Shown here in pieces: positions 13,031-25,467 of a stretch of DNA of 64,000 bases. The notes under the pieces are model-generated. The model saw nothing but the letters and a program-made list of their open reading frames with translations. It searched no databases and was not told the DNA's origin. The stretch spans positions 194,930,001 to 194,994,000 of the forward strand of contig NC_086097.1 of the NCBI RefSeq assembly GCF_963921235.1, given 5' to 3'. Position 1 is the first letter of the stretch. Each line of letters begins with the position of its first letter. A program made the position numbers and the translations under genes. This DNA comes from Mobula hypostoma (lineage: Eukaryota).

Positions 13031-13586
13031 AAAGACTAAGCCAACGCCACCCTTCATTTAACCCGCCCTCTCCAAGTGATGTCTTCCATCTACATCCTTC
13101 ATTTGTCTGTCTAGACCTTGGTAATATCGGGAGGAGATGAGCGTTGCTCATAAGTACTGGTCTGTGGGAAAGGAACTTCTATACCCCTGGAATGGAAATT
13201 TTCCAAGAATCTATCCTTTCAAATTCTATCCGTTGCTGAGCTGAAATCACTAAGACTATCATTCATCTGTGTAGTATCAACGCCCCTCTGCATACATGCA
13301 TGTAAGACCAGCATTTCCACATTGTGAAGAAATGACAGCTCTTATTGGTCTCATGTAGGTTAGGAAAGGGATGATTTACTGAGGTGTGCATTCCATTAAT
13401 CATTCATCTGGATAAGTCTTGTAGGATTGTAACATTCTCTACTTTTGCTCCAAAGAAGGCTAGCTAAATCAGAGAAAAATGCATCAGCCATTTGCTAAAC
13501 CTAGACTCTTGAATCCTCTTGCCAACTCATGCACAGATAGCTCAAAGCTGAGTCTAGCATCATATGTATAAGTATATGCATGTGCA

Positions 13587-13654
13587 GGGTTTCTAAGGTT
13601 GTCATAGCCGGGGGTAGTAGTGGGGATAAACTCCCACTACCTATAAAGTGCTAC
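13587..13654 (+). mobile_element. 5' piece of ribozyme-headed non-autonomous retroelement (copy 2), split by the full-length CR1
   Basis: Matches the reverse complement of 27985-28048; the rest resumes at 19132. Confidence 0.75.
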
Positions 13655-14032
13655 CTGTACGTGGCCTATCAGCGGTGTTAACAGAGCTTTACCAAGGGGG
13701 ATTTCCTGCAGGTTGGCGGCGGTTATTTAAAAAGGGAGCTTCGAGAGCGTTTGTCCATTGTACATGGCCGCTCAGCAGCTATAACCGGAGCACCAATCGT
13801 GAGTTAGGTAGCATGGAATGTTCAGGAACAAAAGGAAGACTCTGCCTAGTGGAGTGGTCATCAAAGGAGTGGTCATCGACAGAGTGGGTCTGAGGCAGAG
13901 TGGTAGGGATTTGGCTCAATTGGGCTTCGGCGAGGCAAGTGGGTGAATGGACTTTGTTTTTTTTCCTTTCCTTTTTTTTTAGAGGAATAAAGAGCATGTC
14001 TGTAGGGTTAGTCTTTGCCCTGGGTGTCAGAT

Positions 14033-14520
14033 AGAAACATAGAAACATAGAAAATAGGTGCAGGAGTAGGCCATTCGGCCCTTCAAGCCTGCACCGCCAT
14101 TCAGTATGATCATGGCTAATCATCCAACTCAGAACCCTGTACCAGCCTCCCCCCCATACCCTCTGATCCCTTTAGCCACAAGGGCCATATCTAACTCCCT
14201 CTTAAATATAGCCAATGAACTGGCCTCAAGTGTTTCCTGTGGCAGAGAATTCCACAGATTCACCACTCTCTGTGTGAAGAAGTGTTTCCTAATCTCGGTC
14301 CTAAAAGCCTTCCCCTTTATCCTCAAACTGTGACCCCTCGTTCTGGACTTCCCCAACATTGGGAACAATGTTCCTGCATCTAGCCTGTCCAATCCCTTTT
14401 GGATTTTATATGTTTCAATAAGATCCCCCTTCAATCTTCTAAATTCCAACGAGTATAGCCTAGGCGATCCAGTCTTTCATCATATGAAAGTCCGGCCATC
14501 CCAGGAATCAATCTGGTGAA
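14033..14520 (-). mobile_element. CR1 subfamily A 3' fragment inserted in ORF1 of the full-length CR1
   Basis: Near-identical to 1633-2120; TSD CAGATA at 14027-14032 and 14521-14526. Confidence 0.92.
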
Positions 14521-14725
14521 CAGATATGGGAATCCTGGAAATCTTCCAGTCTCCCAGATGGCCACATCTGCGCCAGGTACACCAAGATGCAGTTCCTGAG
14601 AGACCGTGTTAGGGACCTGGGGCTGCGACTTGATGATCTAAAGCTTATTAGGGAAAGTGAGTAGGAGATAGTTAGGAGCTAGGAATAAGTCACCCCAAGG
14701 CTGCAGGATTTAGATAAGTAGGCGA

Positions 14726-15390
14726 GAGGAGAAGATGGCGACGCGACGCAGCTCTCAGCGGCCACTCCGATGGTGATATCTGTTATCTGTCAAGTAGGGT
14801 GCCGTGCACAATCCTGATTTGATGGAGACAGACGTGAGGGCACGGAGGAACATCTGGTGAAACCTCTGAAATGCCTGCTTCGCTGCCACCACTACTGTGT
14901 GATCCAGAATCTCCGGAGGGGAAGGCCCTGAGTCCTTGGCTTTGCTTGTTGCTTGGCGGCCAGGGTGGGGTTGAAGCGCTCAGCAGAGATGGTGCTTGGT
15001 GTCGGAGGGCTGATCAGAGGCTCGAAGTTTTCGAACTGACTCAGAGTCCGCTGTGGTCGGGTGCTTCCATTGGTGCAGCATCGGCAAGTTTGCGGTGCTT
15101 GGAGGTTCATGGCAGGGAAAGTTTCTCCCTTCTACCATCTGCATGAGATGATGGGGCTATCGGGTCTTGAGACTTTTTTTTACCGTGCCCATGGTCTGTT
15201 CTTTATCAAATTACAGTATTGCTTTGCACTGTTGTAAATGTATGTTATAATTATGTGGTTTTGTCAGTTTCAGTCTTGTTTTGTCCTGTGTCTCTGTGAT
15301 AATCATTCTGGAGAAACATCGTATCATTTTTTAATGCATGCATTTCTAAATGACAATAAATGACTGAGTGTCCTCATAATCTAATCTAAT
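14726..15390 (+). mobile_element. Non-coding, non-autonomous retroposon with GC-rich AAGATGGCG head and (TAATC)n tail
   Basis: Interrupts CR1 ORF1; AATAAA followed by TAATCTAATCTAAT; no TE ORF; Rex1/L2-like termini. Confidence 0.7.
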
Positions 15391-15403
15391 CTCTCAGGAA
15401 GGG

Positions 15404-16100
15404 GTGGGAAGAGCTCAGACAGTAGAGAGCACCCCTGTGGCCATCCCCCTCAGTAATCATTATCTCGTTTTGGATGCTGTTGAGGGGTGTGATCTGACAG
15501 AGGACGACCCAGGCGATGGGGTCTCTGGCACTGAGTCTGATTCTTTGGTGGAGAAGAGAGAAAAGAGGGTGAAGAATGCTGTAGTCATAGGGGATTCCAT
15601 AGTGAGAGGAAAAAACAGGAGGTTCTGTCAGCCTGATAGAGATACCCGCATGGTGTGTTGCCTCCAAGGTTCTAGGGTACGGGATGTCTTGGATCAGGCG
15701 CAGAGTATTCTGAAGGGAGAGGATGAACAGTCAGAAGTCTTTGTACACGTTGGTACCAATGACATAGGTAGAAAAAGGGAGGAGGTCCTGAAGAGAGAAT
15801 TCAGGGAGTTGGGTAGGAAACTGAAAAGCAGGACCTCCAGGGTAGTAATCTCAGGATTGCTGCCTGTGCTACGTGCTAACGAGCATAAGAGTAGCATGAT
15901 CAGGCATATTAATGTGTGACTGAGAGACTGGTGTAGGGGGCAGGGCTTTGTGTTCCTGGATTACTGGGGCATTTTCTGGGGGAGGTACGACCTGTACAAA
16001 AAGGACAGGTTACACCTGAACCCAAAGGGGTCCAATATCCTAGCAGGCAGGTTTAATAGAGCTGTTAGGGAGGGTTTAAATTAATTTGGCAGGGGGATGG
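15404..16100 (+). pseudogene. CR1 ORF1 SGNH esterase domain
   Basis: VVIGDSIVRG, VHVGTND, ISGLLP and DRLHLN blocks; in-frame stop at 15919. Confidence 0.85.
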
Positions 16101-19100
16101 GAACTGGAATGATAGGGCTGAGGAAGGAGAAAACAGAAATAAATCAAAGATAGCGTGCAACAGAGATGAGGCATAATCGCAATCAGTGGGATGAGTTACA
16201 GGGCAACAGAGGCGTGGTGCAGTTAAAACAGAAAGCAACAAATACCGGACTGAAAGTGTGGTATTTGAATGCATGCAACATAAGAAATAAAATGGACGAT
16301 CTTGAAATTCAGCTACAGATTAGCAAGTATGATGTTGTGGCCATCTCTGAAACTTGGCTAAATGATGGCTGCCATTGGGAGTTGAATGTCTAAGGATATA
16401 CGGAGTATCAGAAAGATACGTTAGTAGGCAGAGGGCGTGGCGTGACCCTGTGTATAAGAAATAATATTAAATCATTAGAAAGGGATGACATAGGATCAGA
16501 AGGTGTAGAGTCTCTATGGGTTGAGTTAAGAAATGCCAAGGGTAAAATGATCCTAATGGCAGTTATATACAGGCCTCTGAACAGGAGCCGGGATGTGGAT
16601 TACAAATTACAGCAGGAGATAGAAAAGGCATGTCAGAAGGGCAATGTGATGATAATTGTTGGGGATTTTAACATGAAAGTCGATTGGGAAAACCAGGCCA
16701 GTACTGGCCCTTAAGAGAGAGAATTTGTAGAATCTCTAAGGGATGGCTTTTTAGAACAGCCTGTTGTTGAACCCACTAGGGGATCAGCTGTGCTGGACTG
16801 GGTGTTGTGCAGTGATCTGGAGGTGATAAGCGAGCTTAAGGTTAAGGAACACTTAGGGAACAGGAACAGTAATCACAATATGATCGAGTTCAATTTGAAA
16901 TTTGAGAAGGAGAAATTAAATTCTAACGCGTCGGTATTTCAGTGGAATAAAGGAAATTACAATGGCATGAGAGGGAAACTGGCCAAGGTTGACTGGAAAG
17001 GGACACTAACAGGAAGGACAGCAGAGCAGCAATGGCTGGAGTTTCTGCGGAAAATGAAGGAAGTGCAAGTCAGATACATTCCAAATAAGAAGAAATTTTT
17101 GAATGAAAGATGGACACTACCGTGGTTGACAAGTGAAGTCAGAGCCAAAGTAAAAGCAAAAGAGAGGACATACAAGGAAGCCAAAGCTAGTGGGAAGATA
17201 AAGGATTGGGAAACTTTTAAATATTTGCAGAAGGAAACTAAGAAGGTCATTAGGAAGGAAAAGATGAATTACGAAGGGACGCTGGCGACTAATATCAAAG
17301 AAGTACTAAAGGCTTTTTTAAGTATATAAAGGGTAAAAGAGAGTTGAGGATAGATATAGGACCAACAGAAAATGACGCAGGAGATATTGTAATGAGGGAC
17401 ACAGAGATGTCAGAGGAATTGAATGAGTATTTTGCCTCAGTCTTCACAGTGGAAAACATCTGCAGTATACCGGAGTGTCAGGGAAGTGAAGTACGTGCAG
17501 TAAAAACTACAACTGAGAAGATGGTCAGGAAGCTTAATGGTCTGAAGGTGGATAAATCTCTTGGACCTGATGGAATGCACCCTCGGGTTCTGAAGGACGG
17601 AGCTGGAAAGATTGCAGAAGCATTAACAATGATCTCTCAGGAATCAATAGATTCTGGCATTGTACCGGAGGACTAGAAAATTGCAAATGTTACTCCACTA
17701 TTTCAGAAGGGTGGGAGGCAGCACAAAGGAAACTATAGACCTGCTAGCCTGACATCAGTGGTTGGAAAATTGTTGGAATCGTTTGTTAGGGGTGAGATTA
17801 CAGAGTACCTGGAAGCACATGACAACTAGGCCAAAGCCAGCAAGGTTTCCTGAAAGGAAGATCCCTCCTGACTAAACTTCAGCAATTTTATGAGGAAACT
17901 GCAAGCAGGGTAGACAAAGGAGATGCAGTGGATGTGCTGTACTTGGATTTTCAGAAGGCCTTTGACAAGGTGCTGCACATGAGGCTGTTTAGCAAAATAA
18001 GAGCCCATGGAATTACAGGGAAGTTACCTGAATAGGTGGAGCATTGGTTGATTGGCAGAAAACAGAGGGTGGGAATAAAGGGATCCTATTCTGGCTGGCT
18101 GTCGGATACCGGTGGAGTTTCACAGGGGTCGGTGTTGGGACCGCCGTTTTTTGCAATGTGTGTCAATGATTTGGACTATTGGATTAATGGATTTGTGTCT
18201 AAGTTTGCTGATGATACAAAGATAGATGGTGGAGCAGGTAGTGTTGAGGAAACAGAGAACCTACCGAGTGACTTAGGTAGTTTAGGGGAATGGGCAAAGA
18301 AGTGGCAAATGAAATACAATGTTGGAAAGTGTATAGTCACAGTGGAAGAAATAAACAGCAGACTATTATTTAGATGGGGTGATAATTCAAAATACAGAGA
18401 TCAAAAGGGACTTGGGAGTTCTTGTGCAGGATACCCTAAAGGTTAACCTCCAGGCTGAGTCTGCGGTGAAGAAGGTGAATGCAATGCTGGCATTCATTTC
18501 TGGAGGTATAGAATATAAGAGCAGGGATGTGATGTTGAGGCTTTATAAGGCACTCGTGAGACCACACTTGGAGTATTGTGTGAAGTTTTGGGCTCCTTAT
18601 TTTAGAAAGGATATATTGACATTGGAGAGAGTTCAGAGAAGATTCACGAGAATGATTCTAGGAATGAAAGGGTTACCGTATGAGGAACGTCTGGCAGCTC
18701 TTGGCCTGTATTCCTTGGAGTTCAGAAGAATGGGGCGGGATCTCATAGAAACATTCCGAATGTTAAAAGGCCTGAACTGATTAGATATGGCAAAGTTATT
18801 TCCCATGGTAGAGGAGTCTAGGAAAAGACTGCATGACTTCAGGATTGAAGAACATCCATTAAAAACAGAGATGTAGTGATATTACTTCAGTCAGAGGGTG
18901 GTAAATCTGTGGAATTTGTTGCCACAAGGGGCTGTGGAGGTCAAGTCATTGGCTGCATTTAAGGCAAAGATAGATAGGTTCTTGATTAGTCAGGGCATCA
19001 AAGGGTATGGGGTGAAGGCAGGGGAGTGGGGATGACTGGAAGAATTGGATCATCCCATGTTTAAATGATGGAGCAGACTCAATGGGCCGAATGGCCTACT

Positions 19101-19131
19101 TCTGCTCTTATATCTCATGGTCTTATGGTCT

Positions 19132-19450
19132 TAAATGGCATGCGTCTGTAACAGCCTCTGACAACCAAGTCCAACTCTTGGCCTTCACGTGTGGCTTAAC
19201 TACTAGGCTTGGCAGCAGTGTTCTTACTAACAAGAGAAGGGCCAGAGATGGACCACTGGCGCCTCAAACCAGTTGCTTTGGGCAGGTGGGGCTCATCAGT
19301 CTTCGACAGCAGTCCGCTTAGGAGAAGGAAAACTCTGATTTTAAACCTCCGCTGCCTTGCAGCTATACCCATCCATGGGAAAGGCTTCGGGAGTAAACAC
19401 CGAGGAAGAAATCTGGAGCTAGGGTCCATTACGTAGTTTGATGTTGGCCT
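19132..19450 (+). mobile_element. Remainder of ribozyme-headed retroelement (copy 2)
   Basis: AGCCTCTGACAACCAAGTCC..GGAGAAGGAAAACTCTGA, homologous to reverse complement of 27690-27985 and 25300-25467. Confidence 0.8.
19175..19236 (+). ncRNA. HDV-like ribozyme core (degenerate copy; P1 5' strand displaced to ~13588)
   Basis: P2 CTCTTG/CAAGAG, P3 GCC/GGC, L3 TTCACGT plus hairpin, J4/2 CTAA. Confidence 0.6.
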
Positions 19451-20538
19451 CCTCTGTATGTAAAGATGCAATGAAAAACTTCCCTACAATAGTATCAAAG
19501 GTACATAGCAATAAAGACAACACTCATACGAACAACCTAATTGGTTGGTTGGCATCCATCTGTCTCAGAGGACAACTGGTAAAGATGACATCATCACAAG
19601 CCTGGGTGGAAGGTATGGAGATCCTGAGATGCCCAGTCGTCAAGATCCCCCTCTCGGCCTCATCAATGTAGCCCAAAGGAAAGCTTATGAAGCAATATGT
19701 TTGGCATCAGCTTGTCTGCAGGAGCTGCTGGAAGAGATCCTGAAAAGAGAATTTAGAGAGCTAGGTAGAAAGCTGAGAAGCAAGACCTCCAGCTTAGTAA
19801 TTTCTGGATTGCTGCCTGTGCCATGCACCATTGAGGGTAGAAACGGGATGATTTGGCAGATTAGTACTTGGCTGAGAAGCTGGTGCAGTGGGCAGAGCTT
19901 TAGGTTCTTGGATCATTAGGATCTCTTCTGGGGGAGTTACGACCTGTTCCAAAGTGATGGGTTGCACCTGAAGCTGAGGGGGACCAATATCCAATGGGCA
20001 GATTTGTTAGAGCAGTCGGGGAGGGCTTAAACTAATTTGGCAGGGGAGTGGGATCTAGAGTAAAGGGATTCAGGATAGGATGGATGGTAAAAAAAAAAGA
20101 TAACGTGCAGTCAGACTATCAGCCAAGGGCAGTCTGATGATAGGATAAAATTGCAGTCAGCAGGGTGAGTATCAGTGCATTAGGGATGCAGAATCAAAAA
20201 GGGTAGCAAATACAGTACTCAAAGTGTTATAGTATCTCAATACATGGAGTATAAGAAATATGGTGGATGATCTTGTTGCACTATTATGGATTGCCAGGTA
20301 TGATGTTGTAAGTATCACTGAATTGTAGTTGAAGGATGATTGTATTTGGGAGTTGAATGTCCAAGTTTAAATGATGTGTTGGAGGGATAGGAAGGTAGGC
20401 AGCGGGGGTGGTGTGGCTCTGCTGGTAAAGAATTACATCAAATCAGTAGAAAGATGTGACACAGTATCAGAAGATGTTGAATCCTTGCAGTTTGAGTTAA
20501 GAAACTGTAAGGATAAAAGGACCCTGATGGCAGTTATA

Positions 20539-22026
20539 GAAACATATAAACGTAGAAAACCTACAGCACAATACAGGCCCTTCGGCCCACAAAGCTGTGC
20601 TGAACATGTCCTTAACTTATAAATTGCCGAGGGTTACCCATAGCCCTCTATTTTTTTGAGCTCCATGTACCTGTCCAGGAGTCTCTTAAAGGACCCTATT
20701 GTATCCTCCTCCACCATGGCTGGTAGCCCATTCCACGCACTCACTACTCTATGCGTAAAAGAACTTACCCCTGACATCTTCTCTGTACCTACTCCCAAGC
20801 ACCTTAAAACTGTGCCCTCTCGTGCTAGCCATTTCAGCCCTGGGAACACGCCTCTGACTATCCACACGATCAATGCCTTTCATCATCTTATACACCTCTA
20901 TCAGGTCACCTCTCATCCTCTGTCGCTCCAAGGAAAAAAGGCCGAGTTCACTCAACCTATTCTCACAAGGCATGCTTCCCAATCCAGGCAACATCTTTGT
21001 AAATCTCCTCTGCACCCTCCACATCCTTCCTATAGTGAGGCGACCAGAACTGAGCACAGTACTCCAAATGGGGTCTGACCAGGGTCCTATATAGCTGCAA
21101 CATTACCTCTTTGCTCCTAAGCTCAATCCCACAATTGTTGAAGGCCAATGCACCGTATGCTTTCTTAACCATAGAGTCAACCTGTGCAGTAGCATTGAGT
21201 GTCCTATGGACTTGGACCCCAACATCCCTCTGATCCTCCACACTGCCAAGAGTCTTGCCATTAATTCTATATTCTGTCATCATATTTAACCTACCAAAAT
21301 GAACCACCTCACACTTATCTGGGTTGAACTCCATCTGCCACTTCTCAGCCCACTTTTGCAATGTCCCGCTTTGACCTCTGAGAGCCCTCCGCACTATCCA
21401 CAACACCCCAAACCTTTGTGTCATCAGAAAATTTACTAACCCATCCCTCCACTTCCTCATCCAGGTCATTTATAAAAATCACGACAAGTAAGGGTCCCAG
21501 AACAGATCCCTGAGGCACACCACTGGTCACCAACCTCCATGCAGAATATGACTCATCTACAACCACTCTTTGCCTTCTGTGGGCAAGCCAGTTCTGGATC
21601 CACAAAGCAATGTCCCCTTAGATCCCATGCCTCCTTACTTTCTCAATAAGCCTTGCATGGGGTACCTTGTCAAATGCCTTGCTGAAATCCATATATGCTA
21701 CATCTACTGCTCTATCTTCACCAATGTGTTTAGTCACATCCTCAAAAAATTCAATCAGGCTCATAAGGCATGACCTGCCTTTCACAAAGCTATGCTGACA
21801 ATTCCTGATCATTTTATGCCTCTCCAAATGTTCATAAATCCTGCCTCTTAGGATTTTCTCCATCAACTTACCATCCACTGAAGTAGGAATCACTGGTCTA
21901 TAATTTCCTGGGCTATCTCTACTCCTTTTCTTGAATAATGGAATAATATCTGCAACCCTCCAATCATCTGGAACCTCTCCCATCTCCATTGATGATGCAA
22001 ACATCATTGCCAGAGGTTCAACAATC
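20539..22026 (-). mobile_element. CR1 subfamily B, 5'-truncated
   Basis: RT ORF fragments 21618..22067, 21345..21605, 20963..21469; TSD TTATA at 20534-20538 and 22027-22031 splitting the host AVI|YRPP motif. Confidence 0.92.
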
Positions 22027-22397
22027 TTATACGTAGGCCTCCCAACAGTATCTGGGAGGTGGACCACAGATTAAAATGGGAAATAGAAAAGCCATGTCAA
22101 AAGGGTAATGTTATGATAGTCATGGGAGATTTTAACATGCAGGTCGATTAGGAAAGTCAGGTTGGTAATGGATCTCAAGAGTGAGTTTATTGAATGGCTT
22201 CGAAATGGCTTTTTAGAGCATTTTGTCATTGAGAATACTAGGGGATCAGCTATATTGGATTGAGTGTTATGTAATAAACCAGAGGTGATAAGGGAGCTTA
22301 AGGTAAAAGAACCCTTAGGAAACAGTGATCACAATATGCTTGAGTTCAACTTGAAATTTGATAGAGAGATAGTAAAGTCTGACATAGCAACATTTCA

Positions 22398-22516
22398 GGG
22401 TTCCGGCCCAAAACGTTGACTGATCGTTTCCACAGATGCTGCCTGACCTGCTGAGTTCCTCCAGCGTGTTGTGAGTGTTGCTTTGACTCCAGCATCTGCA
22501 GATTACTTTGTGTTTA
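22398..22516 (+). repeat. Short Penelope pLTR-derived insert with partial hammerhead
   Basis: GGCCCAAAACGTTGAC..GATGCTGCCTGACCTGCTGAGTTCCTCCAGC, same family as 44700-44810. Confidence 0.75.
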
Positions 22517-23287
22517 GGACGTTACAGTGGTATGAGAGAGGAGTTGCCCAAAGTAAATTGGAAACAGCTGCTGGCAGGAATGAGAGCAGAGCAGCAATGG
22601 CGTGAGTTTCTGGAGAAAAATGAGGAAGGTGCAGGATAGAAGGGAGAAGGAGCTCAAAAAACTAAACTATCTGAAGATACACAAGTTACCCAGACCAGGT
22701 GAACTGCACCCTAGGGTTCTGAAAGAAATAGTGGTAGAGATTGTGGAGGCATTATTGACGATCTTTCAAAAATCATTGGACTCTGGCATGGTGCTGGAGG
22801 ACAGGAAAATTGCAAATGTTCCTCTTTAAGAAAGGAGGAAGGCAGCAGAAGTGAAATTATAGACCTGTTAGCCTAACCTCAGTGGTTGGGAAGATGTTGG
22901 AGCTAGTTGTCAAGGATGAGATTATGGAGTAGTTGGTGACACAAAATTATATAGGACAAAGTCAGCATGGTTTCCTTATGGGAATATCTTGTCTGATGAA
23001 CCTGTTGAAGATCTTTGAGGAGATTCCAAGTTGGATAGATAAAGGGGATGCAGTGGATGTTGTATATTTGGATTTTCAGAAGGCCTTTGAAAAAGTGCCA
23101 CACACGAGGCTGCTTACCAAGTTAAGAGCCCATGGCATTACAGGAAAGTTACTGGCATGATTAGAGCATTGGCTGATTGGTAGGAGGCAGCGAGTGAGAA
23201 TAAAAGGATCCTTTTCTGGTTGGCTGCCGGTGACTCATGGTGTTCCACAGGAGTTGGTGTTGGGACTACTTCTTTTTATGCTGTATT

Positions 23288-23493
23288 CAGGGGTCCCCAA
23301 CCTTTTGCGCACCGCGAACTGGTTTAATATCGACAATATTCTTGCGGACCTTGCATACGTTCAAGTTCAACAGTGGGCGTGACAGGAAATGAGGAAAGGT
23401 GCAGCTGACTCGTATCGGTTCATATCGCCAAATCATATCGTTTCCTCGCGGCCTGGTAGCACATGCTCGCAGCCCGGTGGTTGGGGATCACTG
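23288..23493. mobile_element. hAT/Charlie-like MITE (~206 bp)
   Basis: TIRs CAGGGGTCCCCAACC / GGTTGGGGATCACTG; flanks CTGTATT / CTGTATAT (imperfect ~8-bp TSD); splits the host LY|INDLD motif. Confidence 0.85.
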
Positions 23494-25104
23494 CTGTATA
23501 TCAATGATTTAGATGATGGAATAGATGGCTTTGATGCCAAGTTTGCTGATGATACAAAGATTGATGAAGGGGCAGGCAGTGCTGAGGAAACAGCTTGGCT
23601 GAAGAAGGACTTGGACAGATTATGAGAATGGGCAAGAAAGTGGCAAATTAAATACAATGATGAAAAATGCATGGCCATGCACTTTGGTGGTAGAAATAAA
23701 TGTGCAGACTATTTTCTAAACAGGGAGAAAATTCAAAAATCTGCAATGCAGGTTGAGTCAGTGGTGAGGAAGACAAATGCAATATTTGCATTCATTTCAA
23801 GAGGTCTAGAGTATAAGAGCAGGGGTGTGATGCTGAGGCTTTATAAAGCACTGCTGAAACCTGACCTTGACTATTGTGAACAGTTTTGGGTCCTCATCTA
23901 AGAAAGAATGTGCTGGCATTACAGAGGATCAGAGGAGGTTCACAAGGATGAGTCTGGGATTGAAAAGGTTGTCATACGAGGAACGTTTGATTGCTCTGGA
24001 TCTGTACTTGCTGGAACTTAGAAAGGTGAGGGGGGATTTCATTGAAACCTTTCAAGTGTTGAAAGGCCTAGATAGAGTAGATGTGAAAAGAATGCTTCCC
24101 ATGGTGGGGGAGTCTAGGACAAGAGGGCACAGCCTCAGGATAGAGGGCCACCCATTTAAAACAGAGATGCGGAGAAATTTCTTTAGCTAGAGGATAGTGA
24201 ATTTGGTAAATTTTTTACCATAGGCAGCTGTGGAAGCCATGTCATTGGGTGTATTTAAGGCATGGCTTGATAGGTTCTTGATTGGACATGACAACAAACA
24301 TTACGGAGAGAATGCCAGGGAGTGGGGCTGAGAAGAGGGGATAAAAAAGGATCAGCCATGATTGAATGGCGGAGCTGACTCGATAGGCCAAATGGCCTAA
24401 TTCTTCCCCTATGTGTTATGGTCTAATGGATATTCAATGACGTCCAGCTGCCTTAGGGGCTCGACTCTTGATTTGCTGTCTGGGTTGACATCTGTCATCT
24501 TTGTCTCTCCCAAGGCTGTCTACAAGGTAATAGGGCTGTTTACCCATAGATGGGGACCTGGTTCATGAGCACAAGGACATGTCCACACATCGGTGGGCCT
24601 GTGTGCTTCCTGTGCAGGGGCCAGACCTCCTCCCTGTCATCTATAGTTCAGCCTGAGTCCGAAAGGAGTTCAATTTCCGTATGTCATCAGCAAGGAGGCA
24701 CTACATGAGGCTTGCTGTTGGAGAGGCTATGTACTGGCAGAGAGAGACTTACACATTCGGCTCTCCTTTTCATGAGACTGCTAGCCAGCAGTGGAAGATG
24801 AAAGTGAGAGTGTTAAGTGCTACCCACTACACTATCACACTAGACACAGCACAACAACCATTTTGATACTAGGAACAACATAAATTATACAATGAGCAAC
24901 ACAATTAGAAAATAACAACAAGCAAAGGACAAAGCCCAATATTTTCCACATTGATCCATATGTATAAATTGTGACTTTTACTTATGCAAATAAACCACTG
25001 CTCTATTTGGAATAGGGTCGCAAGTTATTGCAGGAGAAGCCAGCAATTTCCACCACACTATATCACAAGCCTGCCAGACCGTGACAAATATTTGTCTTTG
25101 GTCT

Positions 25105-25467
25105 GAGTCTGGGGTCTCCATTAGACAGTGTCGACCATGGATATTTCGTCCTAGATATGCAAGTCTGGACAGTATAATATGAAGAGGAAGCCGTTGCCCA
25201 AGTAGCAAGCTCCCCTCTCCATGCATCTGATGAACCCAAGCGAATGTACAGTTTTGTATCAGAAGGGTCACAGGAGTTGCCAATCAGCAATTGAGCTCAA
25301 TGTAGGGCTGGCTTAGGGAATCTAGCTCCAAATTTTTCCCTCGGGGTTTACTCCCAAAGCCTTCCCCATGAGTGAGTATAGCCACAAGGCAGTGGAGGTT
25401 TGAGATCAGAGATTTCCTTCTCCTTGATGAGCTGCCAACCATGGTTGACGAGCCCCATCTGCCCGAT
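25105..25467 (-). mobile_element. 5'-truncated copy 3 of the ribozyme-headed retroelement family
   Basis: Homologous to 27500-27830 and 19280-19430. Confidence 0.75.

Larger units (their letters stand above)
13655..19131 (+). mobile_element. Full-length decayed CR1 LINE (5'UTR, ORF1, ORF2, tail) with two nested inserts
   Basis: ORF1 Cys motif and coiled coil at ~14000-14720, SGNH esterase 15404-16100, endonuclease 16250-16900, RT 17520-18800, TCTTATGGTCTT tail. Confidence 0.9.
19735..24425 (+). mobile_element. Decayed CR1 LINE from mid-ORF1 to tail, with an internal deletion and three nested inserts
   Basis: ILKREFRELGRKL..ISGLLP (ORF1), endonuclease remnants, YLDFQKAF, KFADD, tail TTATGGTCT. 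Confidence 0.88.

Noticed and set aside
15404..15919. Host GDSL/SGNH lipase gene
   Set aside because: It is the known CR1 ORF1 esterase domain, lies directly upstream of ORF2, has a stop, and is repeated at ~19735.
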